A stretch of 64,000 bases of DNA, from positions 166,309 through 230,308 of the forward strand of contig CAWDYC010000011.1 in assembly GCA_963806535.1 (NCBI GenBank). Reading direction: 5' to 3'. How positions within the stretch are numbered: position 1 is the first letter of the stretch; the number at the start of each line of letters is the position of its first letter. Position numbers and translations under genes: made by a program. This document shows positions 54,438 to 64,000 of the stretch, piece by piece. Origin of the DNA: Candidatus Bathyarchaeota archaeon (GTDB taxonomy: Archaea; Thermoproteota; Bathyarchaeia; Bathyarchaeales; Bathycorpusculaceae). The notes beneath the pieces are model-generated. The model worked only from the letters and a program-made list of their open reading frames with translations. It was not told the origin of the DNA and searched no databases.

Positions 54438-57400
54438 ATTTTTTCACCTCCAACTTCAATTTTAGATTCAATCGGTAAAGTAACTGTGAAAGTTGTTCCA
54501 ACTCCATTGCTTGTCTTTACTGTTATTGTTCCTCCATGTGCTTCTGTAATCCGTTTACATATAGCTAAACCAAAACCCATCCCCTGCGCTTTCGTCGTGA
54601 ATAGCGGAGTGAAAAGTTTCGGTAAAACTTCGTCAGGAATACCAACACCTGTGTCTGCAAAAGAGATTTCCAAGCGACCATTTGCTTCCTTGCTAATCAA
54701 TCGTTAGTTTGCCTACGTTTGACATAGCTTCAATGCCATTTTTGATTAGATTTATGAAGACTCTTTTTATTTTGTCTTGGTCCACTTTTACAATTGTGTC
54801 ATCTATAATGTGGTTTACAATTTCCACTTTCTCAGGCACATTGACCATCGCTAAAGTTTCCATCATTAGATTTTTGAGAGAACACTCTTTTACCTCAAGA
54901 TTTAGTTCTCTTGAGTAATCCAGAAGGTCACTAACTATTTTATTTGAGTAGTTTACGCATGTGTCGATGGTTTCAAGCATTTCATTAGCTTGAGATTCAG
55001 GAATTGTTTTGCCTTTCTTTTTGAGGAAATAAGCTGCGTTTTTGATCCCTGTGAGGGGGTTACGTAAGTCATGTCCGACCATTCCGGCTAACTCGCCGAT
55101 TGCAGCAAGCCGTTCGGACTTAACAAGCTTAGCCTGTGTCGTTTTTAATTGTTCTGTTCTTTGTTTAACTAGATCTTCAAGTCGCTGCGAATATTTAGAA
55201 AGTTCAGCCTGCAGTTTCTTAATTTCAGTTACATCCATTCCAAGTTCGAGAACACCAACAATGTTGCCGTTTTTGTCTTTCATTGGAGTATCGGTGATTT
55301 CCAAGAACACAGATTTGCCATGTTTGTTAAATGTGACTTGGTGAATATCAATACGTTTGCCACTCAAAATCTTAGTAACTCCACAATTGGTACAAACAGT
55401 ATCTTTGTTGTAAATCGCAGAATAGCATGTTTGATTTACAATATTACCCTGTAGTTGTTTGCCAAACTTGTTCATCCAGGCGATTTTGTAGTCCCTATTA
55501 ATTAGCATAAGAGAAGCACTGATGTTTTCAGTAATGGCTTCAAGCTTGTTTCGTTCTTCACGTATTTTCTCTTCAAGTTCTTTCTTTTCGGTAATATCAA
55601 CTGTTAGTTCCAGCGCTGCGACAACTTTTCCATCTTTGTCTTTTATTGGGGTGGCGATGAGTTCATACCAACATGGCTGTCCTTTTGCCTGTAATTCCTT
55701 ATTTAAGTACTCCCGAGAATCAAATTGGGCGCCTTCAAAGATTTTTTTAGGTCCACAATTGGGACATATTTCGTTTAATGAGTTATATGAGGAGTAGCAT
55801 TTTTTATTTGCAACATCTCCAACTTTGGTCTTTAAAAAGTTATTTATCCAAAGTACGCGATAATCCCTATCGACTATTCCTAAGCCAGCACCAATGTTTT
55901 CAGTTATAGCCTCAAGCATGTCACGCTCCTGTTTAAACGAAGCTTCCATCTGCTTTTGCTCGGAGATATCCCTAACAACTGCAAGGAGACATTTTTGATC
56001 ATTCAAATCTACCGATGACACAGAGAGATCGATAGGCAACTCAGTTCGATCTTTTCTCAGAGCCGTAAACTCAAAATGCTTCTTAAAAAATGAATTGTAT
56101 TTTAGTTCCTTCAGCAACGCTGAATGATTTTTGTGCCCCTTTGGAGGAATGACCAATTCAGATAGTTTTTTGCCTGTTGCTTCTGTTGCTGAGAAGCCGA
56201 AGGTTTTCTCGGCGGAGGGATTCCAATAAATGATTTTGTCGTCTTGATTTACCAAGATTATAGCATCCATTGCATGAGTGCTAATGGCGCGAAATCTTTC
56301 TTCGCTTGCTCGCAGCTCGTCTTCGAGACATTTGCGTTGAGTAATATCGCTTACCAAAGCCAGCGCTCCAATTGGTTTCCCTTGATCGTCTGTTAAAGTG
56401 GATATTGCAAGATTTGTGCTAATGCGTTTTCCATCTTTTCGTGGAAACGCATATTCATATTGACCCTTGATAACTTTATCATTAAATTTTTTCATGATCG
56501 TTTTTATCTTTTCAGCCATAATTGGTTCAACGAAATCTAATAGATTTTTTCCTAACATTTCGCCCTCTGTGTATCCAAGCATTTCTGGCATGCGTGGATT
56601 TACAAAAGTTGTTGTAAAATCCTTGTCAATAACCCAAATACCTTCATTTGCCAGCTCAACAAGTTGTCTATATTGAGCCTCACTTTTGATTAAAGCATTT
56701 TGTACTTCTTTGATCTCTGTTGTATCACGAAAAATTGCGTAAAGCAAAGTTTTTCCTGCTAATTCAATCGTTCTTGTAGTAACCAAAGTGCTTCTAATAT
56801 CGCCATCTTTGGTGCGATGCAGTGTCTCAAATTCTCCTCCGCCATTTTTCACCATTTCAGCTAAATGAAAGTCTATTTCATCCGATGATTCATGAGCTTC
56901 AATATCGTGAACAGTGAGTTTGCAGAATTCCTCTCTTGAATAAGCTAACTGCAAATGAGCAGTATCATTGAATTCAACAAAAGCTGCGGTTTCAGGGTCA
57001 ACAACTAAAACTCCTAAAGGAGCTTCATTAAATAGTGCATGATAACGTTGGTCAGATTCACGTAGTTTTTGCTCGACTCTTTTCCTCTCAGTAGTATCTT
57101 TTAAAACGCCTACCGCATTCCATTTATTGCATAACCTTATCGGAGAAATTGATAACTCAACTGGGAATTCACAGCCATCCTTTCGTTTCGCGGTTAATTC
57201 GACTTTTCCGACTGTAAAATAGCCTGTTCCGGTTTCACCGAACATTTTTACGCTGGCTTCAATGCTTTCTTTTCCTTCTTTGCACATTTTATTTGGCACA
57301 ATCAATTCATGAATCTGCTTCCCGATTACCTCTGGGCTTGAGTAGCCAAAAATCTTTTCAGCCGCTGGATTCCAATATGTAACCTGGGCTTGTTCATTTA

Positions 57401-57878
57401 CCAAGATTATGGGATCTCTAACGGAATTAGCTATGCCCTGAAATTTTTTTTCACTATTGAGTAGGTCCGCTTGAAGCTGTTTTTGATTTTGAGATCTTTC
57501 AGTGACATCATGGAATATAACGAGGTCTAATAGTTTGCCTTCACTTCTAATTCTATTGCCTTTTATCTCTAAACATCTGAGATCGCCATTCTTGCTGGTT
57601 ATGCTAATTTCATAGGGGGCGATGTTTGAGCCTTCCAGCCTATTTTTTGCATTTTCCGCAAGGAGCTTCTTGTATCCCATATCAACGAAGCTTAATTTGT
57701 CAAAGCTTTTTCCGACTAATTGTTCTTTTGTATAGCCCGAGATTTTTCCTACTATGCTGTTTGCTGCTACCATTTTTCCCGAGCTATCTATGACAATGAC
57801 TGGATCTGGAATAAGATCAATCAATTGCGGTAAGTAGTCGCTATGCTCTTTGTTTTTGTCTTTGTTCTCCAGCATCAA
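54389..57878 (-). CDS. Multi-PAS histidine kinase (indel near 54700)
   Basis: About 7 PAS repeats, GHDLRNPL, NLIKNG, DTGVG and GMGFGL. Confidence 0.92.
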
Positions 57879-58249
57879 TTATCACCTCTACTTGACCAAT
57901 TTTTCCATTATCTTCATAGAATAACTTCAATAATTCTACATATTGACTGAAAGTTAATTCTGGAACAAGCCAATTTGGGCCTTCCCATTTATAGCGGGAT
58001 TTGATTTTTTGATGAAGTTTCGTCATGATCAGTATCTCTAATGTTCGGGCGCCTGAACCCGAAAATTTGTTCAAGAGCATCGGAGAAATCGTCTATTTTG
58101 TATGGTATTTCTTGTTTGGCAATTAGGAATTTTTGCTGGAGGTGAAAGTAAACTGTTTTTTTTACGTTTTCTCCTAAAGTGGATAATGCCTCATCTAATG
58201 TCTCCAGAAGAACGTGCTCAAATTTCTTGTTTTCACAGTTTTTACTCAA
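57841..58249 (-). CDS. Archaeal signalling-associated small protein (DUF3227/NitrOD5-like; frameshifted)
   Basis: LDEALSTLG...YFHL...F..AL..IFGSGA..LE. Confidence 0.6.
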
Positions 58250-58493
58250 ATATTACCCAGCTGCCCTTTTCTTTATCTGAGTTTTGACATTAACTCATCG
58301 GAATTGTTTATTGATACTTCTAAAACGTTAGAATGAAAGTAAAGCGTTATGAATTTCTAATTCTTATTGTCAATTCAATATGCAAGAAATTCGTTATACA
58401 TTTGAATCAAAAAATTATTTCTGTTAAAGTTCGCGTTCATCTAAAACAAGTCAGTATTAACTATATAAGAAAGAAGCTCTGAATTACTTATAG

Positions 58494-58838
58494 GTGGGGC
58501 TTCTCTTGGTTTTAGCCAGAATGACTATATGGCGTTTTAAAGAGGGAATGGGCGAAAAAGGTTTTTCAGAACTCGATATTGTTCTCAACACCTTAGCACA
58601 TCAAACAGAGGGTTTTCGCGGCGCCATTTCACTATTAGATAATGACGACTCAAATACGGTGACAATCCTGACTTTATGGGTAGATAAAGAGTCATTAGAC
58701 ATGTCTGAAAAAGAAGTATTCCAAGAAGCACTCAAAAGAGTCCAAGAATCACTTGAGCAACCTCCACAAATCAAAAATTACAAGGTATTCTCAACAGAGC
58801 TTTTTCAACGTTCACAGTGGCCATTCCGCTGGGCTTAG
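58494..58838 (+). CDS. ABM-like dimeric alpha/beta barrel protein
   Basis: EGFRG...LTLW...ES pattern. Confidence 0.6.
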   Translation: MGLLLVLARMTIWRFKEGMGEKGFSELDIVLNTLAHQTEGFRGAISLLDNDDSNTVTILTLWVDKESLDMSEKEVFQEALKRVQESLEQPPQIKNYKVFSTELFQRSQWPFRWA

Positions 58839-59001
58839 TTACAATGCTTTAATGGCAAAGTTGACTCCTGCTTAAAACACGGTCGCAAATTTTTTTTTGT
58901 CATTAGGCTTTATCTTCGGAAACAATCTTTTGGTAGTTGACTATTTTGAGTAATGTTTTTATTACTTCTTGTTCGTTTTTGTATTCTCGTTCAGTCTTTG
59001 T

Positions 59002-59121
59002 GGGGCCGTCGTCTAGCATACCGAGAAAACCCTGTATCTAGGGAGATTTCTTGGGCTGATGGTTCAGGATACATGCCTGGGGCGTATGCGATCCTGGGTT
59101 CAAATCCCAGCGGCCTCACCA
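59002..59121 (+). tRNA. tRNA-Pro(GGG) with a 41-nt D-loop intron (59020-59060)
   Basis: ggggccg/cggcctc acceptor, catgc-ctGGGgc-gtatg anticodon arm, encoded CCA and BHB-type junction. Confidence 0.9.
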
Positions 59122-59178
59122 CCCTTTGGGGGTGGAACCACCACTAGTCTTATTAGATTAACCGCTTGATTATAATTT

Positions 59179-60471
59179 ATGCAGCGCCGCGCAAAATACA
59201 CCTACTTGTTTGAAGATGAAGATGTTAAGCGATGGTATGAGAACACATCGCGAGGTTCATTGGTATCTGCTGATATATGTTTGCGCCGGCTTGGCAGTTT
59301 CTGCGAACAACTTAAAATTAAGCCAAAAGAGTTTGCATCGCTTACCAGATCGTGAGCTCCACGATATGCTTATGGATTATGTTTCCTCTGAAGAGAAAGA
59401 GGGACATGCAGGAAACTACATCAACTCAACTCTTAAATCCCTTAAATCTTGGCTGGCTCACAACCAAAGGGAAACAAAAATTAAAATAAAAATTCACGGC
59501 ATCGATGAGACCCCTACTTTGAAGGATGAAAGAGTTCCAACTCTTGAAGAGCTAAGAAGAATTTTTCTTTCAGGCGATGGAAAAGCCAGAACAGCATGTG
59601 CTTTGGTTGCTCATGGTGGTTTAAGACTACAAACATTAGGAGATTACAAGGGTAAGGACGGGTTGAGGATCAGTGACTTGCCTGAGTTGACAATTGAAGG
59701 CAAATCGGTGACTTTTTCTAAAGTCCCTGCGCAAGTAGTTGTTCGCCAAAACTTGAGCAAGGCAGGGCATCAATATTTTACATTTCTAAGTGAGGAAGGT
59801 TGCAGCTATCTCAAAGACTACTTAGAAGAAAGACTAAGGGAAGGTGAAATCCTCACTTTGAATTCCCCCATAATCACTCCGAAAATGAAAATGAAACCAT
59901 TCATAAGATCAGTAAATATTGGTGACTTAATGCGCGACGCCATAAGAAAGGCGGGGTTTCAATGGCGTCCTTATGTTCTCAGGTCTTACTTTGATACTCA
60001 GTTGATGCTTGCAGAATCAAAGGGTTTAGTTCTGAGAGATTATCGGCAGTTTTGGATGGGTCACAAAGGTGACATTGAGCATCGGTATACGGTTAACAAG
60101 CGCAGGTTACCTGATAGCGTAATTGCTGACATGCGCCAAGCCTACGAAAAAAGTCAAGAGTTCTTGCAAACTTCGAAAAGTAGAGAGACAAGCGAGGAAA
60201 AGCTTAGGAGCAGTGTTAGGAAGCAGCTTTTGTTGGTTCTGGTTTCAGCCAAGCGGAGTTGGATAAAATGGATGTGCCCTCGATGAGCGACGAAGAACTG
60301 CAGAATATCATCAGGAAGAGGTTATTAGGGTTGCAGGCGTCAAATGGGGCTTCGCAGAAAGTAGTTAGTGTTGACGAAGCCAATGATTATTTGGCAAAAG
60401 GCTGGGAATACGTGGCCAAGCTTTCAGACAACAAAGTTGTCATCAAAATGAACCAAACCTCAACAACTTAG
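59179..60471 (+). CDS. Tyrosine integrase (two indels)
   Basis: GGLR, SK, PYVLRSYF, WMGH and HRY catalytic motifs; starts 58 nt after the tRNA. Confidence 0.9.
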
Positions 60472-61078
60472 TTCGGTCACATAAATTTTGAACGCGTATT
60501 CCAATTTCGAAATTTAGATCAAGAATGATGTTTTTCCTTAACTTTTGGATTTTTTCTGCTTTCAATATCGGAAAAAAGGGAGAATGAGAGACTTTGGATA
60601 ATCTAGTGCAATTTCTACACAATGTAGCCTGTACTATTTTGCAAAAACGGAAACTGTTTTTCCAAATCCCAGTTATTGGAAAGCCTTTCCACTCGCCGGA
60701 ATCCAAGTTCACCAGTAGCAATTGCTTTAATCCTGTTTCTTGTTCTGCTTTGTAGCACTCTGTTAAGGGCTGGAAAAGGTCTTCTCCTTTCAATTCGAAC
60801 TTTGCAGGTTCTCTAGTTTCTATAGTTAGTGCAGATTATTGTTTGCTTCTCTATGGTTTTGTCTTGTCCTGTGATTGCAATTCTGAGACGATATAGTAGT
60901 TTTCTCTGTATTTGACGAACATTCTGCCTTCGAATCGGCAAACCAACTCTGACTTATAGTTATGTTCATTCATTAATTATCACCTCCTTTGTCTTAGGTG
61001 CTGTATTTCACCCCAGTTTTCAAGAGAAAAAAGGGAAAATTTCTGAAACGCGTTTCAAACGATCTATTCTATTTTGCT

Positions 61079-61456
61079 TCAGATGTTGTTAGTGCTGTTC
61101 CCTAGATATCGCTGAATTTGACCTCTTTTTCGATTGTTCTTAGCGTAACTCCAGCATCTTCGAGACTCTGTAGCAATTGCAAGACTTTGGCAGGTTCTCT
61201 TCCTAGAGCGATCCAAGGTAGAAACGTAGAGATAGTCTATGCTTCTGCTTTTAACGAGTTTTTGTAGCTCTTCCAATTCAGTTTTTTGATCGTTTTTTCC
61301 AGTACAACGTCATCAAGGGAACATGGACTGCTTCAACATTGTCTTTTTTCATTATTTCCTCACACATTTGGATTTGGTAGCGAATGCTTTCACTATCCAT
61401 CCGCGCCACTCTCAGCATGATATTATGCCTCTTTTTTTTGCAGATTCACTTTTCAT
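61079..61456 (-). CDS. Resolvase-domain-only protein (frameshifted)
   Basis: LRVA..DSESIRYQ...IDYLYVSTLDR. Confidence 0.55.
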
Positions 61457-61513
61457 TTTATCACCCCTTAGTGTGGATACTACACGATTTTTGAGGTTAA
61501 AGCTTGGAAAAGA

Positions 61514-61944
61514 TTACGGGCAGTTAGGGGAAGTTTTAGCACTCTTAGCCGCGATAATTTCTTGTGCCTTTGCAAATAGTTCGTCAGTTACATAGCGCAG
61601 ATTTGGATCATCGGCAACTGTTGCTGGAAACGCTTTCTCAACGACCGCACCGTCGAGTTGGGGTTTGCCAATATAGAGTGGATTGCTAAGGATTTCTCTG
61701 ATTTGCTGCCGCGTTAAAGGCTTTTTGAAAGTCTCGGAAAGTTTCATTGACGTTTTCGCGGACTATTTCGTCGTTCTTGTTTTCGAGAAAGAGGTTGAAC
61801 AGTGCAGTTATTACGGGCTCCCAGCCAGGGCTTTTTGCTATCCAATTTCCTTTCTTTTCGTATGCTGGCGGAATAGCGGAAGTCCATATGCGATTTTTGA
61901 ATGCTTGAATCTTAGCTCTAATCAGTGGCGTTTTCTTCTTTCAT
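61514..61944 (-). CDS. Recombinase-domain-only protein (frameshifted)
   Basis: PPAYEKKGNWI.KSPGWEP...LTRQQIREILSNPLYIG; paralogous to 62512-63300. Confidence 0.6.
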
Positions 61945-61995
61945 TTTTCTTTCAATATAATCACCTCCCAAACTTTTGCATTTTCAGTCATCCTT

Positions 61996-62503
61996 TCATT
62001 CTTTGAATTCATCGTTCCATTTTTGGCAAATCATCCAACAGATCCGAGGAAGGTTTAGGCCATCTGGAGGACGTTTAGTTATCGGCTGCAAGATTGGAAC
62101 GTATTTCTCGACTATATCTCGTCGTCGCCGCCGATTCGAAGGAACCAAACTTGACTCGATTTTCCCAGGTCGCTGTTCAATCCCAATTAGTCCCAGCACA
62201 AGCAACGTTCTACGAATTTGAGCATAGAATTGACGGCGGCTATAGGTGAACCAGGCGCTTGCTCAAGTTTCCCTTTGTCTACGCCCACCCGAAATCGCTG
62301 AATTCTGCTCGGGTTAATCCTCCTTTGGCTTTTAACTCATTCAATAGAAGTCTGCCTGCCTTCTGAGTAATTTTATATTGGAACAAAATTTCGGCAATAT
62401 CCCCTTCTTCCGATAACAGCTCAATTTTAATGATTCTACCTAAGCTTCGCAATGCCATCTTTATCCCCCTGTTTATTAGGCTTGAATTCGTTTTCTTTGA
62501 CAA
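61996..62503 (-). CDS. Hypothetical protein (frameshift near 62280)
   Basis: Two ORF-track pieces join into one basic, wHTH-like protein. Confidence 0.5.
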
Positions 62504-62511
62504 CCGGTCGG

Positions 62512-63798
62512 TTACCGTGAAGTTTTTCTTTTATATTTCTCAAGTTCACGCTTAATTTTGTTCAATTTCTTATCATAAGGCCCATCCAATTTTTCTCGTT
62601 TTGATAATTCGAGTAAGCTTTGGAGAGCTTTCTCGCGATTTAAGGCGTAGTCAATGAGGTCTCGGATTTCGTCTTTCTTAACGGCATTTAAGTTTGTATG
62701 ACATTTGGGACATTTGTAAAAGAATCCATTAGTGCCCATCGGGTGGGTGCAGTTTGGGCAAATAACACCGACATTGGACAGAAGTTTCAGCATGTCCAAA
62801 CCAATGTTTACTAGTTCTTTTACAACACTTTCATGGGATCCCATCTTACCCTTTTCTTCTTTGATGAGCCTCTGCACGTTGTCGAAAACGTCTTTTTTAA
62901 CATAAGCCAAGTCAGGATTTTCACGAGTACGTTCTGCTTCTGTATAGTTTTTTTCAACAATTTTTCCAGTTAATTGGGGACTACCCTTGTAAATGGTGTT
63001 CTGCAACATCGTGGTGACTTGCTGCCGTGTCAAATCATGACCGATCTGTTTATTCAGAAATTCGCCGTGGAGTTTGTTAACCCAATATGTTACCTCAAGG
63101 TATTTTTTGTATCTTTTGTAAAGTGTGAATATTTCAGTTAGTACAGGGTCCCAACCAGGGGTTTTTTCTATCCATTCTTCCTTTCGTTGGTATCCTAAAG
63201 GAGTATGCGGTTGGGTCCAGATGCCGTTTTGGAATTTCCGTACTTTGGACCTTTGAGAAACCCTTCCTCTGACGTTGTTTTCATCTTCAGCACCGGCTGC
63301 CTTGACAGCGACAACAATCAAGTTGGCTATGTTGTTAACGTCATATTCCTCGGTGTGTGTCACGAGGGTAACGTCGTAGAGTTTAAGCTGGAAGAGGAAA
63401 AACATAAGCTGGAATGTTTTTTTCCCCCAGGCGATTGATGTCGCTTACTATTAGTTTCTTAATTTTTCCTGCACGCGCCAATTGGAGAATTAAGCCAAGT
63501 TTTCTATTGCTGAAATCTCTGCCGGTTTTTCCTTTGTCGGAAATATGATAGATTATGGAAGCACCAATTTCCTCGGCTCTTGTAGAGTGCTCTGATTCTT
63601 GACATGGAATACTTTCGCCGTCAAGCTGATCTTTTGTGCTTACTCTACTATAGGCTGCAACAGGATAGCCTTCTTCTGATAATACTTCAATCCTGTCAAT
63701 CCCAGGAACGCTATCTAGTGGAAATCCTGTTGTCCTTCTTTGTTATTTTTTGTGTTCTCATCAGATTTTTCTGGGTGTGCAATGTATTCTTTGTTCAC
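62512..63798 (-). CDS. Large serine recombinase (frameshifted; start approximate)
   Basis: YSRVSTKDQ catalytic motif, DINRLG, PLGY, LQNTIYKG and CPNC..CPKC zinc ribbon. Confidence 0.85.
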
Positions 63799-64000
63799 AC
63801 CTGAGCATTTCTTTTTCAATTTGATCTTACGCTCCTGTAAAGCCTGAGTAAGGAGGTCAACGTTTGGACAACTGAAAGGTGAATAAGGAGGAAAAAGGGG
63901 AAGAGACGCGGCAATTTAATTGTGCAGAAAAACGGAGTGCGCTCAGTCTGCCCCTCGCAGAGCTAAAAAAGACCATGCTAAACCGATTTAGCTTTTTAAT

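Larger units (their letters stand above)
59122..64000. mobile_element. Left part of an integrative element at tRNA-Pro
   Basis: tRNA followed by integrase and serine recombinases; attR not in this window. Confidence 0.7.

Noticed and set aside
2000-63798. Dozens of frameshifts read as mass pseudogenisation or phase variation
   Set aside because: Single-base indels hit housekeeping-type genes throughout, often at homopolymers and with almost no in-frame stops, which fits long-read consensus error.
1-64000. CRISPR array, canonical integron attC sites or a casposon
   Set aside because: No regularly spaced repeats, cas1 or intI; the 1.7-4.6 kb sites lack GTTRRRY/RYYYAAC ends and an adjacent target duplication on both sides.

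Overview
Archaeal chromosomal window, most likely Bathyarchaeia (inferred from TFB, an intron-containing tRNA, tandem Lrp regulators and several large PQQ-like surface proteins). Many genes are broken by single-base indels, which look like long-read assembly errors rather than pseudogenes. Core content: two PAS histidine-kinase loci, tandem Amt transporters, hcp, three paralogous beta-propeller surface proteins, tRNA-His, tRNA-Leu and tRNA-Pro (D-loop intron). Best candidate for a new system (40.0-42.7 kb): a polyprenyl-synthase-fold enzyme lacking the IPP-binding motifs (ComQ-like) converges on an unannotated 12-codon gene, MRVKPIRARAWG, that has its own promoter and terminator. The peptide resembles the Trp-prenylated Bacillus ComX pheromone and sits next to an MFS-like membrane protein. 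Other highlights: an 8-kb integrase-less, capsid-less element bounded by 23-bp direct repeats that encodes only tail-related proteins (tape measure, HK97-gp10-like, G/GT frameshift chaperone); tRNA-Ser-derived att-like sites separating accessory genes at 0.9-4.6 kb; and a multi-recombinase element beginning after tRNA-Pro. All calls come from reading motifs by eye; no database searches were run.
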